Shown here: positions 12,759 to 27,200 of the stretch, piece by piece
Numbering within the stretch: position 1 is the first letter of the stretch
Layout: every line of letters begins with the position of its first letter
Position numbers and translations under genes: made by a program
The notes under the pieces: model-generated
Databases searched by the model: none
What the model saw: only the letters and a program-made list of their open reading frames with translations
What the model was told of the DNA's origin: nothing
Assembly (NCBI GenBank): GCA_964016885.1
Contig: OZ024740.1
Location: forward strand, 200,322,001 to 200,386,000
Length of the DNA: 64,000 nucleotides
DNA from: Eledone cirrhosa
Taxonomy: Eukaryota
Direction of reading: 5' to 3'

Positions 12759-13893
12759 ATATGTATGTATATGTGTATGTGTATGTATATATATATGTAT
12801 GCGTATTAATTTTGATTTCTATTTGCATATAATTATATTATGCTATTGATGAAATACAATATCTGCTTTATGTATTGTATACCTAATTAACATATACTAA
12901 TTAACATATACTATTGAAATAAATATATAATTTTTAATTTAGTTAACATATAATTTATATGCTACTACCGATGTAATACTTTATTTTATTTTTATTTGGG
13001 TTTCTTTTCCCTATTACTAAATTCATTTCCTAATATTGATACCATAACGTTATTAACTTTAATTTAGTTATACTGTAATTAATAATCTACTACTGTTTGA
13101 CTTCAAAATTCTGCTTCAAATATTATAAACTTAACTAATTTACACCTTAGAAATCAATATGTTGACTATCTTTGGTTTAGTTAACATATGATTAATGGTA
13201 TACTTATTTATTTTGAGATGCATAGATTTTGCCTTGGTTCTTGTTTGTCGTATTTCCTAGCACTGAAAATATGTAAGAACATACATTGAATAAAGATACG
13301 GAAAATATTATATGTTTCTTGAAACATATATTTACTTTGATCCCCTTCTCCAAACCCCCCCTTTCCCCCATACTATTATCATCTGTATTTGTAAGCGTCT
13401 ATGTATGAATATATATGTAGGTAGGTGTCTATATAGGTTTGGGTATTTATATCTAAATATAAAAATACATATATGCGCATGCAAATATGAATGTAAGATT
13501 GCGTGTGTATATATGAGTGTACATATGTATGTGTATATATATGTATATATATGCATTATATATGTATGTGTATGTGAATGTGTTGTATGTATATGTGTAT
13601 GTATGTGTATGTATGTGTATGTATGTGTATGCTTGTATATATGGGAATATATATATGTATATATATATATGTATATGTATATGCGTGTGTATGTATGTAT
13701 GTGTATGTGTGTTGTATATATATGTATGTCTCTCTATTTATATGTTTATCTTCGTATCTATGTGATATATGTGTGTGTGTGTGCACGTATGCATATGTAT
13801 GTGTTTGTGTGTGTTTGTATGTGTGTGTGTACATATGTGTATGTGCGCACACACACATACACATATATATATATGTGAGTGTGTATATGTGTC

Positions 13894-13945
<52 letters not shown>

Positions 13946-14233
13946 GATATATATATATATATATAGGTGTCTATGTGTGAATATATGTCTTTATTCGTAT
14001 GTGTGTATTTATGTATGTATATGTTTATGTGTATGTATGTATGTGTATGTATGTATGTATATATATATATATATATATGTTATGTGTATATATATATATG
14101 TATATTATTCTTTATTATTATAATATAACTTATGTGTATATGTGTATAAGTGAGGTTGTGTATGTGTATATAATATGTGTATATATAAGTGTAAAAAAAT
14201 ATATATATATATATGTGCATGTCTGTTTTTTTA

Positions 14234-14276
<43 letters not shown>

Positions 14277-14734
14277 GTGTGTATATATATATATATATAT
14301 ATATATGTGGGTTTTGTATGTGTATTTACGGTGGTATGAGTGTGTGGATATATATGTTTATATATATATATATATATATATGTATGAGTGTATGTGTGTG
14401 TATATGTATATATATATATATATATGTATGTGTATATATATGTATATATATATATGTGTATGTATGTGTGTATATATATATATCTCTATTAATGCGTGTG
14501 TGTATGTATATACATATGCCTTTTTATTATTATTTTTATTTGTATGTCTGAGTTAGGTGAGGTTGTAGTGTTTTTTATGTATATACGCATATATGGAAGC
14601 GTATATATTTATATATATGAGTATAAGTAGGTGCATATGTATGTATGATTATATATCTAATTCTATGTATGAATGTACATCTATATATATATATGTGTGT
14701 ATGTAAGTTGTGTGTGTATGTATCTATATGTCTA

Positions 14735-14779
<45 letters not shown>

Positions 14780-14858
14780 CGATGTGCGTATATGTATGTA
14801 CATGTATGTACATGTATGTGTGTATGTATGTGTATGTATATTTAGATGTATGTGTATG

Positions 14859-14905
<47 letters not shown>

Positions 14906-15470
14906 ATATATATATGGATATATATCTTTATTATTTATTTTTTATATATATGTGTATGTGTGTATGTGTTGCGTGTGTGTGTGTGTGTATATATATATCT
15001 TTATATATGTGTATGTGTATGTTCGTGTAAGTGTATGTATGTGTATGACTGTATATGTATGTGTGTATGTGTGTATGCTTAAATATTTCTATGTGCGCGT
15101 ACATGTATGTATGTGTATATATCTGTATGTGTATGTATATTATATTATATTTATTATATTTTATTGTTTTATTTTTTTATTTTTCTTAATTTATAGATAC
15201 ATTTATATTAGGCAGTCTGCTCAGACAATTGAATACTGACCCCTCCCCCCCCCCCCTCCCACCTAATTTCTGTATCTTGATCTTGAAATGTGTGTGCCAG
15301 TGTTTTATGTGAGTGATTTAATATCCATGTGCTTATGATTTTATATCCACATATATAAATATGAGTGGGGGTGTGTGTGTGTTTGTATGTTCGTGGTTAT
15401 ATGTATATTTATGCATATACGCGCGTGTATGTGTGATTGTACTGATATGTGTGAGTATGAAAAAATATAT
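12650..15470. repeat. Compound (TA)n/(TG)n/(TATG)n microsatellite region
   Basis: Directly visible; source of the spurious YI/VC-rich ORFs. Confidence 0.9.
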
Positions 15471-15708
15471 TTATATGCTTGACTCCATAAGTATCAATGC
15501 GCATCTTATCAGCGCATTTTAAGTTTGAAATTTTGTGTTTGCATCCATCTTTTTAGTATGCGTATACAAGTTATACATACATTTTTGTAAAATATGTGTA
15601 AGGTTTTTACATGTATATACACACACCGAACTGCTTTTAACCCTTTGTGTTTTCATTGGTCAATTTTGAACTGAAATTTTGAATTGTTGTTATTATCAAT
15701 AAATATAC

Positions 15709-15863
15709 TTCATTATTTCTGAAGACGGCGTATATATGTGTTAGGTATGTATATTTAATCTTGATAATTTGTATAATTTTGTATAATTTTGTACATAGAT
15801 CTGTTGAATATGCATACCAATTATAACACATATATACCCTAGAAACGATCGTTAAATAATGAA
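15709..15863 (+). ncRNA. Type I hammerhead with very long stem II
   Basis: Stem I ttcattattt/aaataatgaa (10 bp); CTGAAGA; stem II gtatatatgtgtta/taacacatatatac; GAAACgatcGTT; 3' halves recur at about 48935-49050 and 62435-62460. Confidence 0.7.
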
Positions 15864-16048
15864 CTTTTTTTGTTTAATATAAGGAATTGTTTATTCATTA
15901 TTTGTTTAATATTTTATCTTGACTCTGTATACCGTTTATCTTTCACCGAAAGTGGTTTTTCATTACATCTCTTCTTTCCATGATATCCGAAATACATTGA
16001 GTTCTTCATACGGATTGGACACTACCGTAAACTCTTGGTAGATTTATC

Positions 16049-16090
<42 letters not shown>

Positions 16091-17497
16091 CATACATATA
16101 TATAATGAAGTGCGCCCGCAGCCAGAGTGTACGATATACTTATCTGAATAAACACAGAGTAGTGAACCGATACTGCACAAACGTGTATATAAATATGTAT
16201 GCATGTAAACATGGCAGAAAATAGGAATCGCCCGGTAAAAAATGATGAATACCTAGGTGTGTATATCATCCTAATCAATCACAAGGGACTATGTATTTTA
16301 TGTTATGACTATGCTTTTACTGTTATTCTGAAATGGACGGACTAATTAGCATATCATTAGCGCAGGTTTTGGTAATTAATCAAGGGACCTATTAAGAAAT
16401 GCTTTAAGCAGCCATAGTGTTCAAAGTCCTTATATCTGTATAAATACAAAGTGGGTAACCGAACGTGAACCAACGTGTTTATTAATATATACATATAATA
16501 TTTAGACATGTAAACATGCCAGAAAGTATATATATATTAATCATTTAATCTAAATACTCACTGGTCTCCAATGCCAATTTTTATAAGATGTTATGTCTGT
16601 AGTTTAACGTATCTATGGAGTTATCAGCCATATGCATGTTAAGTTCACAGGTAGGTTGTTCCGCTGGGTAAACAGCGGAAACGCACAACGTCAGAACAGA
16701 CGAAACACGATCACATAGACCACATGAATTAGAGCACGGTGTTTTCAGCTACCTGAAGTACTCTCTTTACCAGTAGAGCTCTCTTGCGTTGTATGTATTA
16801 CCAAACTAAAACATGATTTATCTTTTATTATTTTTTGTGTTGATATAAACTCATATGATTCATTCTTACCCGTTCAGTTTGAATTATATTCATGCCTACG
16901 TGGATGACTATCATGTAAATAATATCATCACGCGAATCTTTTTCAACAACATAGGGAAGAATATATGCTACTAAATGCACTCGGAGGTGGTGTCATAATT
17001 GAGAAGCAATCGATTGTCAGAAACCTACAAAATGAAATGGAAAAAAACAGAGTGGAATGCATTGTTAAACCACGACTTCAATATCTATATAACATCATTA
17101 AGTTATATATTGCAACAAAACCATTTACTAATGTATTTTCTATTAATGTTTGTTTTAGTCAAGTACAAGAATGATACAAAAACTATACAGTTATATATTG
17201 AAATTATGACATAATAATTATATTGTTTGATAGATATATATCAGGCAGATTATGTTAATGGATAAAAGCAAACTTAAAAATTCACTAATAAAAACATTGT
17301 GGAAAAAATAATGTGATGCATCACTGTTTTTTCTGTTTTTTTTTATTCTATGATAAAACAGGGAAATTGTTCAACTAGACAGATGGTAGATGGAGATTAG
17401 AGAATTAAAAACTGTCCAACAGTCCATTATCGAACATGTGTAATGATACCTCAAGAATACACATGACAAATGATAGTTAAATATTTGCATGCACCTA

Positions 17498-17537
<40 letters not shown>

Positions 17538-17568
17538 ATTTACATATACATAAGCTAGACAAAGTCTT

Positions 17569-17637
<69 letters not shown>

Positions 17638-18323
17638 GTTTTGGCGACCATTCACGATGTGGCTCAATCACGAATTAATTAATTAAATAATCAACAATCA
17701 GAGCGATATACAATAAAGTACGTCCATAGAATGATTTGATAAAATATACATATTTGATAATCTCCTATATGGTTGAGATGCAATTTAGGCAGTATTAAGC
17801 TGCGCTTTCTAGCAACCAGCCCACTCGCCGTAAGGCACCAATCACGTTCTTTCTGACTTGACCACTGGCCACGTCACAGTTATTAGCAATTTTGAATTCG
17901 TTTCTGGTCGGGATCATTTAAGAAATATCTTCGTCCAATTGAGTTTGTTTCCTGGTGATTTCGAAAATCGTGAATTTATCCTTGATCGGATATTTCCAAA
18001 AAGCGAATGAAACTTCATGGGGTAGAAACATAATTGTGGTATGCTTATATACATTTTTTCTTCTAACTTTGATTTTGTACCTAATTGTGTATGGTTGACG
18101 ATATATCTAATCGATTTCCACGTGCTATTAGAAATGGTGGGTAAATATTCTATGATTGTTGATCGCGGATAGATAGCTATCGTTTATTTATCTATTATTT
18201 CTTCATAGCTGCCTTTTAATCTTATAGCCTTGTTTAATTGGTTTTTTTGTTGTTGATTATGCTGATTGGGAGAGGAAATAATGTATATATTTTATCAAAT
18301 GATTCTATGGACGTACTTTATTG

Positions 18324-18373
<50 letters not shown>

Positions 18374-18528
18374 AAAGAATAGAGGTGTAACACACAAGTT
18401 ATGATATATTGCTAAACGGAAAAGAAAATGGTGAATACTAACGAATACTATTACTAATTCTCACTTATTCCTAATTAAACTATTTTTCACCGTGAACAAT
18501 TTGTCAGCATTTTCTTTTCCCTTTACCA

Positions 18529-18596
<68 letters not shown>

Positions 18597-18697
18597 CTGT
18601 GTGTGTGTGTATATATGTATGCATATATATATATATATACATGTGTGTGTGTATATATATATATATGTATATATATATATACATATATATATATATA

Positions 18698-19630
18698 AGT
18701 AGAAGGGATATTTAATTTGTGGGAAATTCAACAAATATAAATGTTTATAACTGATTCAGAGCACTCGACAGTTTTCTCGAGTAAATATTCAATGACATTA
18801 AATAAATGGAAACTATATTTATAAAACCGTATTTATTCTATTATATATATGTCAAGGGTACCAAAAACTATAGTACGCTTTCATCAGATAAAATACAAAA
18901 TGCGTTTTATAATTTTGACATAGCCAAGGAAACATTCCTTATCAGCTGAATTTTCCTTGGGTAGTGAGATTAAAGAACATATTTATCAAACAAACTTTTA
19001 GGATAAGTATGCAAATGAATATGTAAATAAGGTTTAGTTATATGATTGAAAAACCGTTATTTTAAACGCTATGGAAAGTTTAGATATATTAGTAGGAGAG
19101 AAGAAAAGAAAGAAGAAAAAGGAAAAGGGAAAAGAAGAAGAAGAAGGAAAAAGAAAAAGAAGAAAACCACTTATATACGTTAATTTTGTGTTTTATATAA
19201 TTAAATAAATAAATAAATATATAAGTATTTCAAGTTTTAGGTGGTTGCTTATAATATGAGTTACGAGGGTAGTGATTTTGTATTATGTAAATAAATAGGT
19301 AGTTAAAATTATGAATTTATATATTTGGATAACTTGTTCGGCTTTGAGAATGTTTTAAATTAAATTAACGGAGTTAGGTATAATAATTATAAATGATTGA
19401 GAAAGGAAAGATAACTCCAATTTTGTTAATTAATCGATAAATGTGTTAAGAGTTAGTGTGAGATTAATTAATTATTTAGTCGAAAGTAATGTTTACACAT
19501 CGTCTTGAATTGGATACATTTTCTAAAATCAGTTAATGGTTATTAATCTACGTTTAAAATATAGCTTTAGAGGGTGTCTTGGAAAAATATAATGTAAGAA
19601 TAAAAGAATTTAAAAAAATTAAAATTAAAA
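18698..19630 (-). repeat. PLE 3' UTR/pLTR remnant related to 20583-21724, HHR degenerate
   Basis: aaatggaaactatatttataaaacc shared; CTGATGA retained at about 18881-18887 on the minus strand but GAAA lost; tail hairpin at 18763-18782. Confidence 0.65.
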
Positions 19631-19711
19631 CTGTATAGTTATATATATATATATATATATAAAGAATGAATAATAACAGGTAGACATCATAAAAAGGTAA
19701 TTTATTCCGTG

Positions 19712-19824
19712 TGCTTACAAATGTTTCCACGGTGGTACTACAGCCTCGTTTATGCTATGTGCAAATTTACAACTATTTGCAGAACTCAAATATCCAATGC
19801 TGTGCCCACTGTATCCTCAGAGCA
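19712..19824 (-). ncRNA. Type I hammerhead with large stem II insertion
   Basis: tgct-CTGAGGA-TACAGTGG..CCACCGTG-GAAACatttGTA-agca, AATAAA downstream. Confidence 0.7.
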
Positions 19825-19888
19825 GAATGTACGTCAACCATATCCAGTGTAGTAATTAGCCATTACTACATCTAGGATAATCCTATAC

Positions 19889-19931
<43 letters not shown>

Positions 19932-19936
<5 letters not shown>

Positions 19937-20482
19937 ACCAGGCAGCACTCCATTTTTCTTATATTTATATTTTTTCCTCAGCTGCGATTGTCTGTTTCTT
20001 TCTTACTGCTTCCCCTCTCTCTGTATCTCGCACCTTCTTTTTACGCCCTCTGCCAGTCACACTCTCTCTCTCGGCTGGCCTCTTCCTCACACTTCCACTC
20101 ACTCACTCTCTGCTTCTCAACCTCTCTCACTTCCTCCCGTTTGACCTGTGTGAAATCCTTTTCTCGCTCACATCTCACCCATGTCGGATGGTCTGTATCT
20201 CTCGTCCATGAATTCACCAAGCTTAAGCTTATAGATATCATGTACTTGTCTCTTCCTATATTTCCGTTGCAATACCATCTTTGTTTGTTTACATGTCTCG
20301 CTCGCATCGCGCTATTTTACTTGTCCCAATAACTTTATTTAGTTATTGCTCGCACCAACCAGAGGTATATGATTTTTATAGCGATGAAATTCCAATGAAG
20401 GTTGGAAGATCACTGATGAAGGACTAATTTTAATATATATGTAACCCATGTGCAACCACGCAGCACTCCATTTATCTTATAA
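19932..20482 (+). mobile_element. About 520-bp non-coding element with about 30-bp terminal direct repeats (copies at 43640-44125 + and 50965-51476 -)
   Basis: tgcaaccaggcagcactccatttttcttat ... tgcaaccacgcagcactccatttatcttat; pyrimidine-rich body shared by three copies. Confidence 0.75.
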
Positions 20483-20484
20483 TT

Positions 20485-20547
<63 letters not shown>

Positions 20548-20549
20548 GT

Positions 20550-20585
<36 letters not shown>

Positions 20586-20713
20586 AAAGTTTTATTTAAA
20601 ATTGTTGGGTTGCAACAAGTAAATATTTTATAGCTGATATAAAGCACTCGACAAGTTGTTGGAGTACATATACGATATTAAACAAATGGAAACTATATTT
20701 ATAAAACCATATT

Positions 20714-20779
20714 TATTTCATTATACATATTTCAGGGATACCATATTAAAAATATGGCATGCCTTCGTCAGATAAAATA
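20714..20779 (-). ncRNA. Type I hammerhead ribozyme
   Basis: tattttat-CTGACGA-AGG catgccatatttttaatatggtatc CCT-GAAA tatgt ATA-atgaaata. Confidence 0.8.
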
Positions 20780-21614
20780 CAATATATAAACAGTTTTATA
20801 AATAATTTTGACGTACCATAATATAAGCGACCATTAAATTTGGAGGCTGCCTTGTTAGTAATGTGTTTATAATTATTTAGTTATAATGTTAAGCACAGTT
20901 AGAAAAAAGACGGAGAAAAAGAAGAAACGGAGGTAAAGAAAAACAGAGAGAGAGAGAGAGAGAGGGGAGAGAGAAAGAAGGAGGAGGTGAAAAGAGAAGG
21001 AGGTGAAAAAAGAGAGGCACCCGAAAGCAACAGATAAATAATAATAATTCACCATACAAATAGAGAAATTCAAGAGAGAGGGAGTACTATATATAGAGAG
21101 AGTAAGTAATTATTTAGTTATAGTGTTAAGCACAGTTAGAGAAAAGACGGAGAGAAAGAAAAAATGGAGATAAAGAGAAAACCGAGAAAGAAAGAGAGAG
21201 ATAAAATATAAAATATAACTAGTTTTCTCTTTATCTCCTTTTTTTCTTTCTCTCCGTCTTTTCTCTAACTGAGCTTAACACTATAACTAAATAATTACTT
21301 ACTCTCTCTATATATAGTACTCCCTCTCTCTTGAATTTCTCTATTTGTATGGTGAATTATTATTATTTATCTGTTGCTTTCGGGTGCCTCTCTTTTTTCT
21401 CCTCCTTCTCTTTTCACCTCCTCCATCTTTCTCTCTCCCCTCTCTCTCTGTTTTTCTTTACCTCCGTCTCTTCTTTTTCTCCGTCTTTTTTCTAACTGTG
21501 CTTAACATTATAACTAAATAATTATAAACACATTACTACCAAGGCAGCATCCTAATTTAATGGTCACTTATATTGTGGTACGTCAAAATTATTTATAAAA
21601 CTGTTTATATATTG

Positions 21615-21680
21615 TATTTTATCTGACGAAGGCATGCCATATTTTTAATAAAGTATCCCTGAAATATGTATAATGAAATA
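21615..21680 (+). ncRNA. Type I hammerhead ribozyme (inverted copy)
   Basis: tattttatCTGACGAAGG...CCTGAAATATGTATAatgaaata. Confidence 0.8.
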
Positions 21681-21720
21681 AATATGGTTTTATAAATATA
21701 GTTTCCATTTGTTTAATATC

Positions 21721-21767
<47 letters not shown>

Positions 21768-21790
21768 TATATATATAAATAAATATATAT

Positions 21791-21829
<39 letters not shown>

Positions 21830-21832
21830 TAT

Positions 21833-22314
<482 letters not shown>

Positions 22315-22368
22315 TAGATATATATATATTTATACATATATATATTTATATATATATATATATATATA

Positions 22369-22997
22369 GAAATTAGAATTGGTGCTCTGAAATAGCCATA
22401 TATATATGAATGTATATATAGTGTATTTTGCAATAAACTTTATGCTTAATTAAAAGCATTTTGAAGACCGTATGCTATTGTTTTAGAGTAGTGACAGACT
22501 CACTTACTTTAATTTCAAAGTGCTTTTTCAAAATGCTTTTAATTAAGCATAAAGTGTATTGCAAAATACACTATATATACATTCATATATATATGGCTAT
22601 TTCAGAGCACCAATTCAAATTTTTAATTTCTGCTTGACCGGCAACCGCTCTGTATAATCAGTTCCTGATTATTTACTAGAATTCTATAAGAACATAACAT
22701 CCGTAAATCAGCAGACGGGAGGGAGTAGTTGGCTTTGATAAGCATCAATAAATGCAGAAACAAGGCCTTGTCAGCTTTATCTCCCCCTGTTTGCTGAAAT
22801 TAAAGTAAGTGAGTCTGTCACTACTCTAAAACAATAGCATACGGTCTTCAAAATGCTTTTAATTAAGCATAAAGTGTATTGCAAAATACATTATATATAC
22901 ATTCATATATATATATATATATTTATATATATATGAATGTATATATAATGTATTTTGCAATACACTTTATGCTTAATTAAAAGCATTTTGAAGACTG
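22369..22997. repeat. Serial inverted duplications of one pLTR-like sequence (related copy at 53030-53200)
   Basis: Four alternating-orientation copies of tattttgcaata.actttatgcttaattaaaagcattttgaa. Confidence 0.8.
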
Positions 22998-23989
22998 TTA
23001 TTTCTAGCACCGGGAGTATAGGATGGCTAGTATAGCTGGCTACACCACGTGTAATCAGTCCTTCAAAATTTTTGAAGGTGGAATGTACTAATTTTACTGG
23101 ATTCCTGTTGATAAGCACAGAAGATTTAAATATTTCACTTTTTATTTCAATTTTATTTCAATTTTATTTCAATGTTATTATATTTCAATTCATGTACCAT
23201 CGTTGCGAAACATATTTAGGCTTCGAAGTTCAAATTTATCTACGGAGCAGGTTTGGATTTTGAAATTTAAATTTGACCAGGAATCACGGCTTTTGCCAAT
23301 ATAAGCTTGTCTTTATTGACTTATATAGAGACAGACAAATTGTATTCACTTTAATTAGTTTATTTCGTTCTAGCTAACTGTCTCTTACAATACAAACACG
23401 TATGTGTTTATCATATATATTAATATATAACTTGTATTTCACTGCTCGGAAATGCATCTTCCTTTGAGCTGATTAATTGTAAATGACTTTGAGTTTAAAC
23501 TCTAAATATAATATAGTATTATTGCTCCTTAACTGTAGAGCTAATTTTTAATCCCATATAAACGGCTGTTATTTCTAGCACCGGGAGTATAGGATGGCTA
23601 GTATAGCTGGCTGCACCATGTGTAATCAGTCCTGCAAAATTTTTGAAGCTGGAATGTACTAATTTTACTGGATTCCTGTTGACAAGCACAGAAGATTTGA
23701 ATATTTCACTTTTTATTTCAATTTTATTTCAATTTTATTTCATTTTTTTTATATTTCAATTCATGTACCATCGTTGCGAAACATATTTAGGCTTGGACCA
23801 GGCTTGGATTTTGAAATTTAAATTTGTCCAGGAATCACAGCTTTTGCCAATATAAGCTTGACTTTATTAACTTATATCGAGACAGACAAATTGTATTCAC
23901 TTTAATTAGTTTATTTCGTTCTAGCTAACTTTGTCTCTTACAATACAAACACGCATGTGTTTATCATATATATTAATATATAACTTGTA
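22995..23989. repeat. Direct partial tandem duplication (about 430-bp repeat, 570-bp period)
   Basis: ctgttatttctagcaccgggagtataggatggctag starts at 22995 and 23565. Confidence 0.85.
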
Positions 23990-24010
23990 TATATATATAT
24001 ATATATTTAC

Positions 24011-24044
<34 letters not shown>

Positions 24045-24059
24045 ATATATATAAATATG

Positions 24060-24108
<49 letters not shown>

Positions 24109-24119
24109 ATACATATATT

Positions 24120-24334
<215 letters not shown>

Positions 24335-24516
24335 AAGTGGATGAATACTTCAGCAGGTACTATGTACTTGTAGAAATATGCAAGTTGTTTATAATATGTG
24401 TGGTTCAATGGTACTAATTCGAGATACCAGAACATATAAAAAGTAGCAGAGCAAGCGGTTATCAAACAATTCTCTAAATAAATTAAAAAACGATTTAAAT
24501 AATCACCTGTTCTGTT

Positions 24517-24597
24517 GCTGTTACCGACGGTTTCATCATTCCAATAGATTGGTAATCCACAGAATTTCCAATGGAAAGAAATGAATCTTCAGACAGC
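24517..24597 (-). ncRNA. Type I hammerhead with multibranch stem II, in element 24333-24832
   Basis: gctgt-CTGAAGA-T-TCATT..AATGA-T-GAAACcgtcgGTA-acagc; short inverted arms 24440-24470 / 24802-24831. Confidence 0.75.
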
Positions 24598-24827
24598 CTA
24601 TTTCCACACTATAAGGTTGCAAGCCTTACAGTAAGTAAATATTTTGCTTCCTGCCCAACGCATGCGGTCAAGCCGTTAAAATGACACACACGCAAAATCA
24701 GGTCGCAGATAATAGCTGTGTATTATAAACATGTTGATATTGCCACTAAAATTAGCAGCATTATTCAACGTTTTGTTCTCTACATAAGGAGAAAAATTAT
24801 TATTGTTTGATAACCGCTTGCTCCACA

Positions 24828-24945
<118 letters not shown>

Positions 24946-24974
24946 AAAGAATAGAGGTGTAACACACAAGTTAT

Positions 24975-25368
24975 TATATATTGGTATACGGAATAGAAAA
25001 TGCTGACAAATTGTTCACAGTTGAAAAATGGTTTAATTAGGAATAAAAGAGTATTAGTGATTGTATGGGTTAGTATTCAGTTGTGGTTTTAAGGCTTTAA
25101 GTTTTTATCGGTTGCGCATTTCTAAATGCTTTTCAAAAATAATTTTGAGATAGAGTGTCCGTGCTGTTTGCTCTGATCAGAGCAAACAGCACGGACACTC
25201 TATCTCAAAATTATTTTTGAAAAGCATTTAGAAATGCGCAACCGATAAAAACTTAAAGCCTTAAAACCACAACTGAATACTAACCCATACAATCACTAAT
25301 ACTCTTTTATTCCTAATTAAACCATTTTTCAACTGTGAACAATTTGTCAGCATTTTCTATTCCGTTTA

Positions 25369-25378
<10 letters not shown>
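24975..25378. repeat. About 400-bp spacerless palindrome (family also at 18372-18530 and 28324-28522)
   Basis: Centre ctctga|tcagag at 25176/25177; arms essentially perfect. Confidence 0.9.
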
Positions 25379-25411
<33 letters not shown>

Positions 25412-25779
25412 AAAAGAAAACAAGGACGATTGGATGATCACCTATTGATCTGTTGAAGGATTTGTTAACAGGCCAAGTATAATTTCCCTTTCACTGACGA
25501 TTATTGTTGGTAATTCATACTTTATGAGTGCAGTGCATGTTTTTTTTCCAATTAGTGATTATATACTGTATTATGTTCATTTAACCAATTTTTAACTTTG
25601 TGATTTGGCAGACCAAGAGCTTCAATACGCTGCTTCCTTGAGATATTTCAACGATCCTTCATTATTTTCTGAAATTTGAACACGTTCAAACGTTTTTCAG
25701 CATCAAGATGTTGACCTTTAACTCGCTTAAGAAAATTTGCGTGTTGTCACCTATGCTTTACCTGAAGTTGAAATAATAA

Positions 25780-26280
25780 CTTAGAACGTAACAGAGCGTG
25801 ATCAGAAAACCAACGGAACGAGCGCATATGAAGTATGTCTCCTCGATAACAACACTTTTTTTTCTGTTAAAATGTAATTAATCAAATGCCATTTTTTTAC
25901 CTTGGGTGTATTCGAGTGGTTTTGTACATATTATGTTGTTGAATCATAGTGCTGGTGATAAGGACGTCAAGATTATTGCAAAACGTGAGAAGGCAAATTC
26001 CATTGCTATTTATATTTCCAATGCAATCCGAGCCAAGATCATTTCCCTGATGATCTGACCCAACTCTGGCATTGAACTCCTCAACTGTCAAAATCTATTA
26101 TAATAACAAATAGCTCTGACAAGGTATTTCCTTATAAACGTTGGTAATCTCTGATTCTTCAGAGTTCATGGTTCGAGGATAGTAACTCGATCAGGTTGGA
26201 TTAGCATCATCAAGTTTAAGTTTCAATTTCATCAAACAGTCACTCACCACCTGTGGTAAAAAGGTCAATGTATTTTCTAT
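25780..26280 (-). pseudogene. RTE-clade LINE APE endonuclease fragment
   Basis: EFNARVG..GNINSNGICLLTFC..LITST..KTTRIHPR. Confidence 0.7.
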
Positions 26281-26329
26281 CTTAGTTCTAATTTGCATTT
26301 AATTCACCCCCAGTTTTCTATCACTCATG

Positions 26330-27200
26330 AACACGGTCCTGAAATACATGAACTACTCTACGTGCTTCAGTGGAACTCCATTCGCATGTAGAATGAACTA
26401 CGCAGACTTCCCTGGGAGGACGAGTATCATAGCTTTCGCAGCACTCGGAAGCAAACGTATCAAATGAAAGTCGAAGATCACCTTCTGTCGAGTTAATTAA
26501 TACCATGTAGTCTGCAACTTCCAGCCGATGATTTTACAGCTGCCAGTCATGATACCACTTCCAACCCGGCTAGGCATATCAATCCCGTTCCTGAAAATAT
26601 TGAACGGATAGTATGTATCGTTTACGGAATCCAACTCCCACATTGAATGATTTCGATTTAACACCATTTATCCGAACAGAAATGCTTGGGCATTCGTAGA
26701 GAGACACGAGGGCAACAAGAAGCTGAATATGGAACCCACACTCCTGCAGAACCTTCCACAGCTGTTCGCGTGGGATGTGATCAAATATCTTTTCGAGGTC
26801 TACAAAACACGAATATACATCTTGGCATTATTACAAGATTCCTCAATGACCTACCACAATGTGAATTATTTGGTGGTTGAGCTACGACCGGACGAAAACG
26901 ACACTGTTCATGATCTAACCTGGTGTCGACAATCTCCCTACATCTCTATGAACACACTTAGCATGGACATTACAGGTAGGTTTAACAAGGAGATCTATCT
27001 GTAATTGGAACAATCTCTGTTGCCTCCCTTTTTGTAAATTGTCTTCCGATTGCCATGGCTTAGATGCCTATCTAGAGTTTCAGGCCACTCGGCAAGCACG
27101 AGCCAGCAGGAGAATAGCGTCGCTATTTAATGCTTTTAAAATCTGAACACTCAAAGAAACGAATTGAATGTAAATTAGCATACGGGCAATGTAATGTGGT
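26330..27200 (-). pseudogene. RTE-clade LINE reverse transcriptase fragment
   Basis: Manual translation across stops and frameshifts: GNRDCSNYR*ISLLNLP, EQCRFRPGRS, FVDLEKIFDHIPREQLWKVLQECG, SVRINGVKSKSFNVGVG. Confidence 0.75.

Larger units (their letters stand above)
11251..16050 (+). mobile_element. Naiad-like PLE with a long microsatellite-rich 3' region ending in an HHR
   Basis: ORF, then degenerate repeats, compound microsatellite and an HHR at 15709; continuity of the whole span is inferred. Confidence 0.55.
20583..21724. mobile_element. ORF-less fold-back pLTR element, about 510-bp arms plus left tail
   Basis: 20671-21181 is the reverse complement of 21222-21724; HHR in each arm; tail at 20583-20670. 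Confidence 0.9.

Noticed and set aside
16965-17500. Possible transposase remnant (17350-17500 resembles the reverse complement of 28700-28860)
   Set aside because: The repeat is real but no catalytic motif could be read; class unassigned
20384-20412. SECIS-like ATGA..AA..GA hairpin
   Set aside because: Helix too short, and the GA is not kept at the equivalent position in the 44023 copy
25780-27200. Single intact RTE element
   Set aside because: On the minus strand the RT lies upstream of the EN, so these are two separate decayed fragments
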